The translations under genes were made by a program, and so were the position numbers. This document shows positions 13,470-26,205 of a stretch of DNA of 64,000 nt, in pieces (the stretch's first letter is position 1; each line of letters starts with the position of its first letter). The notes below the pieces were generated by a model. The model was not told where the DNA came from, made no database searches, and saw only the letters and a program-made list of their open reading frames with translations. The DNA comes from Felis catus (taxonomy: Eukaryota), in the NCBI RefSeq assembly GCF_018350175.1, contig NC_058368.1, positions 171,184,001-171,248,000 of the forward strand. The letters run 5' to 3'.

Positions 13470-14125
13470 GAGAATGGCGGGCTGCCATAACAAAATACCA
13501 TACATTGGATGGTTTAAACAACAGAAATTTATTTCCTCACAATTTGGAGCCTTGAGGTCTGAGATGAGATGAGGCCAGAATGATCCAGTTCTGGTGAGAG
13601 CCCTCTTCCTGGCTTGCAGATGGCTGCCTTCTTGCTGTGTGCTCACGTGGCCTTTACTCAGTGCATTCAGAGAGAGGGAGTGGGGAAGCAAGGGAGCAAG
13701 GGAGCAAGAGATCTTCCTCTTCTAGTAAGACTACCAATCCTAATCATATTGGATTAGCTAACCTTTATGACCTCTTAAAATTTTTTTAATGTTTATTTAT
13801 TTTTGAGAGAGAGAGAGTGATAGAGAATGAGAGAATGAGTGGAGGATGGGCAGGGAGAGAGACACAGAATCTGAAGCAGGCTCCAGGCTCTGAGCTGTTA
13901 GCACAGAGCGCGATGCAGGGGTCAAACTCAAGGACCATGAGATCATGACCTGAGCTGAAGTTGGACACCCAACTAACTGAGCCACCCAGGTGTCCCCCTT
14001 TAGGCCCTCTTTTAATCTTAATTAACCACCTAAAAGCCCTATCTTCAATTACAGTCAAATTAGAGGTTAAGGTTTCAATACGTGCATTTGGGGGAGGAGG
14101 CAGTTTCACAATTCAGACCATAGCA
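13470..14125 (-). mobile_element. MaLR solo LTR (MLT1A family) split by a SINE
   Basis: Minus strand begins tgctatggtctgaat; 'gccataacaaaatacca...aacaacagaaatttatttcctcac...tggcttgcagatggctgccttcttgctgtgt'. Confidence 0.85.
13776..13998 (-). mobile_element. CAN-SINE (SINEC_Fc type) nested in the MLT1 LTR
   Basis: 'gacacagaatctgaagcaggctccaggctctgagctg...ctgagccacccaggtgtcccc'. Confidence 0.95.
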
Positions 14126-14165
14126 CCTATAAGCATAGATAAGAAATATTTAAATATCAGCAAGA

Positions 14166-14296
14166 AGGTGGGCCTGGCTGGCTCAATCAGAAGAACATGC
14201 GACTCTTCATCTTGGGGTTGTAAGTTTGAGCCTCAGGGTGGGTGTAACCATCACTTAAAATAAATAAACTTATAAATAAACTCATAAATAAATAGA
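14166..14296 (+). mobile_element. Short tRNA-derived CAN-SINE variant
   Basis: gcctggctggctcaatcag...aagtttgagcc, (TAAA)n tail; TSD taaatatcagcaa at 14151-14163 and 14297-14309. Confidence 0.85.
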
Positions 14297-16473
14297 TAAA
14301 TATCAGCAAATTTTAGGTTGCTTATTAGGGAGGTTAAGAATCACAACAGAAGAACTTGAAAAATGGAGCCATCTATTCAGAAAACAAAACATGGCACCCT
14401 TATCTAATACTGCATGCCCCTCTATTGGTAAATATACATCTTGGCCCTGTGCCAAAGGCTTTTTTTTTCCAATTGAGGTAAAATCCACGTAACAAAAATC
14501 ACCATTTAATCCATGTCTAAGTGCATAATTCAGTGACTTCCAGTACTTTCACAAGGTTGTGCAACCATCTAACCCCAGAACATTTTTATCACTCAAAAAA
14601 GAAACCCTATACCTGTTAAGTGGTCACTTTCCATTCCCTCTATGCCCAGTCCCTGACACTGGTCTTCTAAAGTTCAGGAAAGAAAGTTATGAAGAGGTGT
14701 TAGTTCTTCTCTCCACTGAGGAAAAAAAAATAATGATGCTACTGAAAAAACTACTGTTACCACTAACCCAGAGTTTAACATAGAAATTGAGGCTTTGTCT
14801 TAATTCATCAAGGAAAGGACAACTTTATAGAAACATGGAGCCCAAGATCATAGAGAGGATCTCAGTTTCCAGTTTATCTCCAAATATTACATGAAACAGC
14901 TTAAAAAAAGTTATAGATATCATGTCCTCATACACCCTCCTCAACAAAGAAGCAGATTTTATGTTGAAATACATTTAGGAAATTCTAAGTTAAACTGTTA
15001 ACAGATTTCTTTGCCAAGCAAACAGGATGAATAGAGTGTGGTCAGGGAGATTTTGGTTTTTGTTTTAATTATCAGTGTAGAACACCAGTTACAACCTGGC
15101 GTGTTTTTTTTTTTTTTCACAACAAATGGATCAAAATCAGAGATGGATTTTATTTTTCAAAGAAGTCGAACCAATAATATATTACTTGCAAATTTCATAC
15201 ATAGTGTATAGACTTCTAGCTTCACTTAAAAATACTGGGTTAAGTGACAACTCTGGGCCCTTATCACTATTGGCAACAATTGGGTAGAGGCGAGAGACAA
15301 TTGCTGTTTTTAGAAGTATTATGCATGTCCAACTTTACCACAGTCCCCATTGAGTCCACTTCTTTCAGGTGTTAGCTTCTTAACCCCTGATGGCACTTGA
15401 ATTTGCTTTTTCTGTTGCAGAACAGCCTCTACAGACAGATTGCAGAGGTACATTCTTTTAACCACACTTCAAGCACAAGCCTCTAAATGGCAGGCAGATG
15501 TGAAGCATCATCCAATTTTTTACCACAACCTCAAACCTCCAATACTCAACACGAATGATGGGTAGTACTCCTATGGATCTAGCGACTAGATTGCAAAGTA
15601 CAAAGTTTTTGAGTGGTGGGCCAATGACTAAATCTATTTTGAAAGCTATACAGAAATTTCTGCCTGAGTGGCAACTGGTCATTGCATATTGGTCTCATTG
15701 TAGGTATACAGAAGCTCACTTAGAATTCAAAAAAAAAAAAAATGTGGGAGCCATGAGATGGGAACAATATGAGCAATAGCAAATAGTTTACAAAAATGAG
15801 TGTCTTTGCATATGTATGTCTCTCTCATGTAGACACAAATATAGATACTGGTACTATAGATATAGGTACAGTTAAAGAGTCTACATACTCATATTAGTTA
15901 AGGAGAGATCGTTTACCAACATCAGAGGAAGCAAGTGAAGCATAGAGGCTTATCAAAATTGCACATCTGTTCAGTGGCAGGACAGTAACTAGAATTTCCT
16001 TAAATTCCATTTGTTGACATACTGCTGGAAACTATTCTAAAGTTATTTCAAATACACATATTTCTGACCACCCCATTTAAATAAAAAAGCAATGACTTTA
16101 CCAAAATTATTTTATGTACCTTTCAACTCTCTTCTAAGACTGAAAAGTATAGCTATTCTTCCGTTAATAATTGTTAACCAAGTTTTAACTGAATATCCCA
16201 AGTTTTTGTCAGCAGTTGCATGCCATGCTATAATTTGTCTTATTGTTTATGACTATAAAACATGTTATTCATGTTAAATAGTGTAGGTCATCTAGTATAA
16301 TCACATGGAGAGGAAGAACAAACTGAATCATGAGGCTTCTTCTTAGGAGGAGCAACGGATTTGTTTGGGAGGGATATACTTTAAGAAGTTCTAGGAAGCA
16401 AAGAGTAAGACCCTAAGAGCAAAAGAATCAGCCTAAAGTTGACCAAATGCAAAAAATGTTTTCTGTGGGTGAA

Positions 16474-16679
16474 TTTTTTTTTAAGTTTATTTATTTCTTT
16501 TGAGAGAAAAAGAGCATTAGCAGAGGAGAGGCAGGGGAGGGGTGGCGGGGGAGAGAGAGAGTGAGAGAGAATCCCAAGCAGGCTCCGTGCTGACGGCTCA
16601 AAACCATGAACCATGAGATCACGACCTGAGCCGAAGCCAAGAGACTGATGCTTAAGTGACTGAGCTACCCAGATGCCCC
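16474..16679 (-). mobile_element. CAN-SINE
   Basis: SINE body on the minus strand; TSD tgtg[g/a]gtgaattt. Confidence 0.93.
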
Positions 16680-17078
16680 TGTGAGTGAATTTCTTGATGG
16701 AGAAATATATATGTGCAGCTGAGTTGATGTAGCACAAAAAAGAACACATTAAAATATCTGTGATTTACTTTAAACTTCTTAAGCATAGAAACTGTGATAC
16801 TGTGTATATGCCAGTCAATTCAAACTTCAACTCTGAGGTAAACTATTGACCTAAAAATGCATCATGCAGGGTAGTTAGCTAGCCTGTTCCTAAAGCTCTC
16901 CTTATCTCCATCAACATCGGAGGCTTTTAGCATGACACTGATAATTAGCACATCAAAAATGGATTTTCTTTGGTGAAATTAAAAGCTTAAATAGCATGAT
17001 GAATTTTTGAAAATGGATTTCATTGGTGAAATTAAAAGGTCATTATATGTGAATTGGTTGAGATATTGCATGAACAAG

Positions 17079-17510
17079 TATTATTGGTTAAACTGTGTCC
17101 CCTAAAAGCACATGTTGATGTTTTAACCCCCAGTACTTCAGAAGGTAAACTTATTTGGAAATAGGATTGCTGCAGATGTAATTAGATAAGATAAAGTCAT
17201 GCTCAAGTTAGGAGGGCCGTTGCCAAAAATGACTGATGTCCTTTAAAAAGAAGAGAGAGAATCCTACACAGGTAGTCTGCCATGTGATGATGGAGGCAGA
17301 AACTGGAATTATACAGCTATAAACCAAGGAATGCCATGCTTTGAAGGCTACCACCAGAACAGGCAAAGATTCTACCCAGAGTCTCACAAATAGCACGGCC
17401 CTGTTGACATCTGGATTTTGAACTTCTAGTGTCCAGAAGTATGACACAATATATTTCTGTTGATTTCAGATATCCAATTTGTGATACTTTATTACTTTGA
17501 AACTAATACA
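17079..17510 (+). mobile_element. MaLR solo LTR (MLT1C-like)
   Basis: 'aactgtgtcccctaaaa...ttatttggaaatagg...tgcagatgtaattag...gccatgtgatgatggaggcaga...aaactaataca'. Confidence 0.85.
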
Positions 17511-17562
17511 CAAGATATAAGATTCTGGAGAGGATCCTACCCTGCACCCTTAGGGATGGAAT

Positions 17563-18099
17563 CTATATTAGTCAGGGTTCTCCAGAGAAAGAAATCTAAT
17601 AGGACGTGTGTGTGTGTGTGTGTGTGTGTGTCTCAATGTATGTGTTACAAAATTTTATTATAAGGAATTGGCTCATGGAGTTGTGAAGTTTGGCAAGTCC
17701 CAAGATCTGCAAGGTGAGACAGCAAGTTGGAGACCCATGAGAACTCGTAGTGTAGTTCCAGTCTGAAGGCTAACAGACACAAAACACAGAAAGAGTCAAT
17801 GTTTCCATTCTAGTCCAAAGGCAGGGAAAAAAATGTCTAAATTTGAAAGGCAGTGAAGCAGGAATAATTCTTTCTTACTTAGGGGAGAGTCAACCTTTTT
17901 CTTCCATTCAGTCCTTCAAATGATTTGATGAGTTGTACCCACATTATGGAGGGAATCTTCTCTACTCAATCTACCAATCTATGTTAAGATGTTACTGTTA
18001 TATGAAAACACCATCACAGAAACACTCAGAATAATATCTGACCAAATACCTGGGCACCTTGTGGCCCATTCAAGTTGACACATAAAGTTAACTTTCACA
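17563..18099 (-). mobile_element. ERVL solo LTR (MLT2 family) with internal (GT)n
   Basis: 'tattagtcagggttctccagagaaa...aaggaattggctca...ggcaagtcccaagatctgca...caagttgacacataaagttaac'. Confidence 0.88.
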
Positions 18100-18599
18100 G
18101 CATCCTAGTTTGATCTCTAAGAAGTCTGGTGTCCCACCATTAGTTTAGGAGGATTGATGGTTACCTGGGACACCTGTAAAGGTAATAGAATCTTGTCTCT
18201 GAAACATGGTCATATCTGCCTAAGTGAACCTTTTGTACAAGGTGTGGTTGAAGCACCTGAAAGGACAAAGTATTAGAACTTGCTAAATTATGCATTTATG
18301 AACAGTGTTGGCCCACTATACTAATGAGCGTCTGTTTAACAAATGTTCATTTTTGTGGCAGAATTTGAGGTGAGACTTATTTTCATTTATCCTGATAGCA
18401 AGTTTTGGGAGAAAGTGGTTAACCCTCATAATTCTCAAACGTTTCTGTGTCACAGTAACTACCAAAAAGAATGTAAAAGTTGTACATGACTAAATCCCTG
18501 AGAAGGGCTTTAGCTCTACATAGGCTGAGAAACTGTCAGCATTCCAGCCATTTTCACTTGATTCCAGGGATAAAGCATTCCCAGCTGGTATTTAGGTCA

Positions 18600-18800
18600 T
18601 GTTACTCATTTAACTGCAATGTGACCTTGGGCTATTACTCTTTCTAAGCCTTAGTTTGGTCACTTGTAAAATGGGGAAAATAAAAGTACCTACCTCAAGT
18701 AGTAATGTGAAAATTAGATATAATAATTCATGTAACACATTTATTTTAATGCCTGTCACATTTTAAGCACTTATTACAAGTTGCCATTATTATTATTAGT
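18600..18800 (+). mobile_element. MIR SINE
   Basis: 'tgtgaccttggg...ctttctaagccttagttt...tgtaaaatgggg...agtacctacctca'. Confidence 0.7.
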
Positions 18801-19239
18801 CTTAAATGATGTTTGACAGGCAAGAAAAATAACTGAAGAGAGATAAATGAGAATGATGATAAAAGGGACAGAGAGACTAAGAGATGGATTCATTTTCTAT
18901 CATCACTGTAACAAACTACCACAAATTCAGCGGCTAAAACAAACACAGATTTATTATCTTATAGATATATAGGCCCGAAGTCTATATAGATCACAAATCT
19001 TTAGAGAAAGACTTCTGAGAACTACACAGAGCTAGGACTAAGGAGAGAGACACTTCTCCCTCCAAAAATACCCATTCTGAGTGACTTGTGAAGTGTGGCT
19101 ACCTGGTACCTTAGAGCCCATTTTTAGACCTATCTCAGTGTAGCCTGGCTTCTGGCCACTCGTCACAGAGCAGAGTGCCTCAAAGAGTGCTCTCTTCAAC
19201 ACTTTCTATTAAAAAACTGATCTTAAAAGGATGATTCAT

Positions 19240-19363
19240 GGGTGCCTGGGTGGCTCAGTTGGTTAAATGTCCAACTCTTGATTTCAGCTTGGGTCATGGT
19301 CTCGTAGTTTTGAAAGCGAGCCCCATGGCAGGCTCCATGCTGGGTGTGGAGTCTGCCTAAGGT

Positions 19364-19407
<44 letters not shown>

Positions 19408-19499
19408 CCTCTGCCCCACCCCAACTCACATGTGCTCCCTCCCTCTCTCTTCCTCTCTCTCTAAACAAACAAACAAACAAACAAACAAACAAACAAACC
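19240..19499 (+). mobile_element. CAN-SINE with expanded (CT)n and (AAAC)n tail
   Basis: Head gggtgcctgggtggctcagttggtt; TSD gatgattca. Confidence 0.93.
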
Positions 19500-19604
19500 A
19501 GATGATTCAGATGGATTCAGCACACCAGTTCTAAAACAATAATGTCTTTCTATTTTTGAGTTGACTAGACTGTTTGAAATCACATTATTCAAAGAGCTGC
19601 ACTT

Positions 19605-21235
19605 GAAATACTGTTAAAATGCCCATACTACCCAAAGCAATCTACAGATTTAATGCAGTCCCTATCAAAATACCAACAGCATTTTTCACAGAAGTAGAGT
19701 AAACAATCCTAAAATTTGTATGGAACCACAGAAGACCCTGAATAGCCAAATCAATCCTGAAAAAGAAGAATAAAAAGGGAGGTATCACAATCCCAGTTTT
19801 CAAGATATTCCACAAAGCTGTAGTCATCAAGACAGTATGGTACTGGCACAAAAATAGACACATAGATCAATGGAACAGAATAGAGAGCCCAGAAATAAAC
19901 CCACAATTAAATGATCAATTAATCTATGACAAAAGAGGCAAGAATATGCAAGGAGAAAAAGATAGTCTCTTCAACAAATGATGCTGGGAAAACTGGACAG
20001 CTACATTCAAAAGAATGAAACTGGACCACTTTCTCACACCATACACAAAAATAATCTCAAAATGGATTAAATACTTAAATATGAGACCTAAAACCATAAA
20101 AATCCTACAGAGAGCACAGGCAGTAATTTCTCAGACATTGGCCATAGCAACATTTTTCTAGATATGTCTCCTGAGGCAAGGGAAACAAAAGCAAAAATAA
20201 ACTATTGGGACTACATCAAAATAAAAAAGCTTCTGCACAGCAAAGGAAACAATAAAACTAAAAGACAACCTATGGAATGGGAGAAGATATTTGCAAATGA
20301 CATATCTGATAAAGGATTAGTATCCAAAATATATAAAAACCATAATAAAACTCAATACCCCCAAAAAACCAATATAATTCAATTTAAAAATGGGCAGAAG
20401 ATATGAACAAACATTTCTCTAAAGAAGACATCCAGATGGCCGACAGACACATGAAAAGATGTTCAACATTACTCATCATCAGGGAAATGCAAATCAAAAC
20501 CACAATGAGATAACACTTCACATCTGTCAGAGTGGCTAAAATAAAAAACACAAGAAACAACAAGTGTTCGTGAGGATATGGAGAAAAAGGAACCCTTGTG
20601 CACTATTGGTGGGAATGCAACCTGGTGCAGCCTCTGTGGAAAACATTATGGAGGTTTCTCAAAAAATTAAAAACAGAATTACCCTATGATCCAGTAATTC
20701 CACTACTGAGTGTTTACCCAAAGAATATGAAAACACTAATTAGAAAAGATACATGTACTCTTATGTTTATTGCAGCATTATTTATAATAGCCGAATTATG
20801 GAAGCAACCCAAGTATCCATCAATAGATGAATGGACAAAGAAGATATGGTACATATATAATGGAATATTATTCAGCCATAAAAAAATGAAATCTTGCTAT
20901 TTGCAACAACATGGATGGATCTGGAGATTATACTGCTAAGTGAAATAAGTCAGAGAGAAATGTGTACCATATGATTTCACTCATATGTGGGATTTAATAA
21001 ATAAAACAAATGGGCAAAGAAAGAAAAGAGACAAATAAAAAAATCAGATTCTTAACTATAGAGAACAGATAGTTACTAGAGGGGATGTGGGAGAGGGAAA
21101 GTTTAAATAGGTGAAGAAATTAAGAGTTCACTTATCATGACGAGCACTCAGTAATGTATAGAATTGTTGAATCACTACATTATACACCTGAAACTAACAC
21201 TGTATGTTAACTATGCTGGAATTAAAATTTTTTTT
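19605..21235 (+). mobile_element. 5'-truncated carnivore L1 (ORF2 C-terminal part, frameshifted, plus 3'UTR)
   Basis: ORFs 20164-20406 (SPEARETKAKINYWDYIK) and 20598-20939 ([24 protein letters not shown]...CTLMFIAALFIIA) are L1 ORF2p C-terminal motifs; L1 3'UTR follows. Confidence 0.97.
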
Positions 21236-22419
21236 AATTATTTTTAATTAGGAAGGAAGGAAGGAGATGTACTTTTGACTAGCAACTCAGTTAAATGCAA
21301 ATATGACAGGTAAAGGGAAACAATTAACCTTTACCAGTCACTCATCTCTTGAACAAGACACTGGTTATATCAGAACCTTTTCAGAGTCTATGCTTATAAG
21401 GAGAATCATGGATAATAAGCAAAAGTAAGGGTGAGCAGCACTTCCCTTAAAAGTAAAATCAGAAGTATGTAAGACAAATTTCACCTACTTCAAAATTTTG
21501 CCAAGGGATAATTTTTCCCTCATTTTGTGACTTTCTTTGCTATAAAAATCCTTAAAATTTTCTCTTCCTAAACTTCCCCTTAACTATTCCATTTTAAAGT
21601 ACTACTTTTCCTAAAAGCATCCTTTAATAATAGGCCTTATAAGACAAATAGAAAAAGAGATAAAAAATGCTTTCCACTAGATCAGGAGCTGTCATTTAAA
21701 ATAAGAATTGCCCCTATTACATTTTGCTGAGAGAATCACTTTTCAGAAATGTATCTGAAAAAGAAAATTTAGATAAGCAGGAAAGCTTGTGGATTCCACC
21801 ACTCAGGATATCCACAATAACTTACAAATGGCTTTTGGATGCCAAGCTCTGCCAGCTAAAATTCCTTGATTTTTAAGCTTACTCCCAGTCCTTTTTCCCC
21901 TCAGTGTATCTCCTTACATTATAGATAAAATATTATGATTCAGAGGAAAATCATGTTACCATCATCTTAACTCTGATTATACTTCTATTTGGAAGAGGTA
22001 ATTTCCACTTGGTTACTTCTTCTTTCAGGTATACTTTCAATGGCCACTGGAAATGATGGGGCTTGAACGGAGAGTGAGGCCTGGGTACCTGTTTATTAAC
22101 TCTCTTCCCCTTGGCCAGGAATCCCAAGGCACTTCAGAATGGCAGGTGTTTGGTTTCCAACCACATACAATTCCCACACATGGTCCGTTGGGCGGTTAGT
22201 ACCAAACCTGTCCACTTCCCCAAATAAAACAAAAGAAAACACAATCCACCAACACAATGAGAAACTAGTAAATATCATTCTTTCACTTAAAATATGCCTC
22301 CAGCTATAAAACTTGTGAGGTTAACAAGGCTTATGATAGTAAGGAGTGAAGAACAACAGAGACTCTCCAGTTTGTTCAAATTTATAATATTAACCAGATT
22401 TCATTATTTATGTATTCAT

Positions 22420-22645
22420 CATATAGTACTTACTATCTGCCAGGCACTGTTCTAAGTGTTTTACAAACATTAACTCAGTTAATCCTTACAAGAAACCTGT
22501 GAGGAAGGAAATATTATTTAATTCATTTTACAAATGAAGAAGCTACCACACAGAAAAGTTAAATACCTTATTTAAAATCACAAATCTGGTAAGTGGTAGA
22601 ACCAGGATATAAACCCAAGCAGTCTGTGCTCTTAACCATTACACT
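22420..22645 (-). mobile_element. MIR SINE
   Basis: 'tgccaggcactgttctaagtgttttaca...ttaatcct...attttacaaatgaagaa...gtaagtggtagaaccaggat...ctcttaaccattac'. Confidence 0.8.
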
Positions 22646-22859
22646 AAGTTGATTTTCATTCTCTAATAATAAAATAGTGACATATTTTGTACAATGCCAA
22701 TTACTGAATTCACCATCTTTTCTCAGAACTTGCTTGTACTACCATGTTGCTAATTCTGGTTACTGGTACAACCCATCTAATCCTTCTAAGCTAAGCCAGA
22801 TACCCTCTTCTTAATTACCTGCACCTAATCTGATACTATCATCTATCAATTCTGGGTGG

Positions 22860-23074
22860 TTTTTTTTTTTTAAGTTTATTTATTTTATTTTGAGAGAGAG
22901 CAAGCATTCAGGAGGGGGAGAGAGAGAGAGAGAGAAAGAATCCCAAGCAGGCTCCGAACTGTTAGCACAGAGCCCGATGCTCTGGTTTGAACTCACAAAC
23001 CATAGATCATGACCTAAACAGAAATCAAGAGGTTAACTGACTGTGCTTAACCTACTGAGCCACCCAGGTGGCCC
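22860..23074 (-). mobile_element. CAN-SINE
   Basis: Minus-strand SINE body; TSD ctatcaatt[c/t]tg. Confidence 0.93.
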
Positions 23075-23289
23075 TATCAATTTTGTTTATTTCAGATCTC
23101 TCAGTCTGTCCTATTTTCTCTGTTTCTTCTGCTATGGCCTCATTAGCTCTTCTTGGACCCTGAGGAGGCTCCATGGCCACCCTGCCATGTTTTCCACATC
23201 TTAGCCATTCTCTCCAATCACTGTAAAACAAAACCTAATGGTGCCGCTCTGGCTTATGACAACCCTCTCCAACTTCCTATCCTCTGAAC

Positions 23290-23480
23290 CAGTAACTCTC
23301 AAAGTGTTTCTCTATGACCCACAAACGTATTCGTCGCTTGAAAGATCTCTTAAAATTTAGGGTTTGTAGCTGCTGCCCCAGCCCTACTGAGTCAGAATTT
23401 CTGGAGATGGGGCCTAGGAGTCTGAATTTTAGTAATGTCTTCAGAAGACTTTCATATGCACTGAAGTTAGAGATCTACCG
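23290..23480 (+). mobile_element. MER5-family DNA transposon
   Basis: 'cagtaactctcaaagtgt...ccccagccctactgagtcagaatttctggagatggggcctaggagtctgaatttt'. Confidence 0.75.
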
Positions 23481-24349
23481 CTTAAATTCAGGGTACAAAG
23501 GTCTCCTATGACTGAGTCCTTGCCCATTCTCCCCTCTCCCCTGTCCCGCTCACTGTAACCCCCAGCAGTCTGCAGTCGTGCTGTGGCTCTGCTATGTCTT
23601 TGCATGGTCTCTGCGCATTCAGCCACCTGTCTGCTCTGTCTCGTGAGCTCTGGCCATCTTCTGAAGCACGTCTCCTGCATAACCTATTCCATGAGGCCTT
23701 CCTTGAATACACCCTATTAATTAAGCAAATTCATCATTTCCTCCTTTCTCCATTCACCCCAGCACACATTCCAGATGGCACTGTAGCTGTTTGTTTACCT
23801 GTCTGCCTCTCCTGCCGCAGTGTGAACTCCTTGGGGGATCAAACCTCTTTTTCGGATTTAACCCCCACTACTACCAGAGAGCCTGGAACACAGAGATACT
23901 GACCAATCCTTGCTGAATTAATTCTCTCGAGTTTACAAAGTTCCATGAAACAGCTAACTCCACATCAGGACAAAAGCAGCAGGAGTGGGTATCTTTAGAG
24001 GTGACATTTGTGTCGAGAAATGAAGCATCCTCACAGACCACATTCAGGTCATCCTTTTCCTGCCTAAAGCCAAAAAAGGCCTATGAAACCTTCCCCACTG
24101 CCATACTCAGGGTCCATCAAGGTGAAATTCTTGGCAAAGTTGTGTTTATCACAGGTTTTTTTCTGTGCAGTAGAAATTTTAGACAGAAATTAAAATAATG
24201 TTAGAAATATAAGTCTGTGCAATTAGCATAGAAAGCCTGCTCTTCGGAAATGCACTTGGAGCCACTGAAGGCAGGGAGGCTGGAATTTGTATTAATTAGG
24301 CTGCTTTTGTAAATACATGACAGGAACCAACTAGAACTAGCATAGTGTT

Positions 24350-24581
24350 GGGGTGCCTGGGTGGCTCAGTTGGTTAAGCGTCCGACTTCGGCTCAGGTCA
24401 TGATCTTGTGGTTCATGAGTTTGAGCCCCGCATCGGGCTCTGTGCTGACAGCTCAGAGCCTGGAGCCTGCTTTGGATTCTGTGTCTTCCTCTCTTTGTCC
24501 CTCCCCTGCTCATGCTCTGTCTCCGTCTCTCAAAAATGGATAAACGTTAAAAAAAAATTTTTTTTTAATAAAAAAAAAAAA
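24350..24581 (+). mobile_element. CAN-SINE (SINEC_Fc, young)
   Basis: Near-consensus body with retained CpGs; perfect 15-bp TSD agaactagcatagtg at 24333-24347 and 24582-24596. Confidence 0.97.
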
Positions 24582-25886
24582 AGAACTAGCATAGTGAAAA
24601 GGAAAATCTTATTTGTAATGATACCAGAGGACTTAACAAAACTCAGCCTTAAGAACGCAAAGGGACTGAAGATGAGGGATAATTTGGACCAAGGACCTAA
24701 ACACTGCTGGGAATCTCCCCGCTCCTCAGCTTGGCTCCATTCATCACTCTTGTTACACGTGATGGAAAGCATGGCTGATAAAACTCCTGAGTTTTAGATC
24801 TCATAGTTGTAGACTCTAAAGAGATACTGAATAAATCTCAGAGAAGATTTATGGCCTCAAGACCAAGCTGAGTCAATGATCAAGTTCCCCCTGGCCAACC
24901 CAGTGTGACCAGGGGCACAAGCAGAGCCATACTGGAATATGGTGACCTAGCTATGGCTATGTGAAAGGGAGAGAGAAGTGGAGTGGTGTCCCTTAGGTGT
25001 CCACCACAGGGAGTAACTTCACTGATACTGGAAGCAAAGAGGATAGTTTAAATTATGGGTAACTCTGGTTGGAGATATGGAATGGGGACAACTGAACAAG
25101 AAGACCCAGGCCAAGACTTAGCCAGAGACCATGTCAAAATGTCCCCTGGTAAAGGCCACGGTGAGTAATTGACCATTAAGCCCAAGGTTATCTGTATATT
25201 ATTTATCATTTGCTGCTCTGCCTGTTAATGTTAAATATTAATATGCTAAATAAGTTTATTTTATAGTTTTAGCTAATCTTTGTAAAGACCTAAGTAAAGA
25301 AACCTTTTACAAGACAGCAAACAGATGCAGAAAACAGCAAGAGACTTAGAACCCCACAGGCTTCCCACTTGAGTGCCTCTACCATGCACAGGCTCTGTGA
25401 CTGTGAAGGTTCTGACTGTCTCTGAGCCTTAGATATTCCATATGTTCTTCCTGATCATGACACCTTGTTCATGTGTTTTATGTTATTTGGCCTAAGCTGT
25501 AATTACTCATTCAGCAAATATCCTTGACCCCTCACTATGTGCCAGACACTGTTCTAGTAACCTTGGATAAAGCATTGAAGAAAATAAATCTCTCTGCTCT
25601 ATGGAGCTTACACTCCAGAGGAGAAAATAGTTAATAAATACACAAAGTTTTAATATGTTGAAAAGTAAGCAATAGTAAGGATGGATTCAAACCACAGAAT
25701 GGATGGTATTATTAGAAAATATATGTCTGTATAACTGAAGGCAAGTATGATGTCTCTGTCTCTCTGTTGCCTCTGTACATCCAGTAGTTAGTCCAGTGTG
25801 TTAGATGCTAAATGGGTATTTGTTGGAATTGTGAAGGATGAAGAGAATAACATGAAAGCGACTAATTCCAATGTACTTGCAAGTGC

Positions 25887-26205
25887 GTATATTAGTCTTC
25901 TCAGGCTACCATAACAAAATACTGTAGACTGAGTGCCTTGCAGATGGCAACCTTCTTGCTGTGTCCTCACATGATCATGCCTCTGTCTTTGGGTGTTCTT
26001 GGTGTATCATGTGTCCAAATTTCCTCTTCTTGTAAGGATACCAGTCATCTCGGATTAGGGCCCACTCTAAAGACCTCATTTTAGCTTAAACAACTCTTTA
26101 AAAACTTTATTTCTAACCGTAGTCACATTCTGAGGTCCTGGGATTGGCAACTTCAACATATGAATCCAGGAGAGGGGCACTGTGGACACATTTCAACCCC
26201 TAACA
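25887..26205 (-). mobile_element. MaLR solo LTR (MLT1A/B-like, internally deleted)
   Basis: 'tattagtcttctcaggctaccataacaaaatac...ttgcagatggcaaccttcttgctgtgtcctcacatg...agtcacattctgagg...cttcaacatatgaat'. Confidence 0.82.

Noticed and set aside
14166..14296. tRNA gene
   Set aside because: It has A/B boxes but also an A-rich tail and TSD and no intact cloverleaf, so it is a tRNA-derived SINE; the same applies to 12433-12546.
19605..21235. Active L1 or domesticated reverse transcriptase gene
   Set aside because: 5'-truncated, with no ORF1 or endonuclease region and multiple frameshifts and stops.
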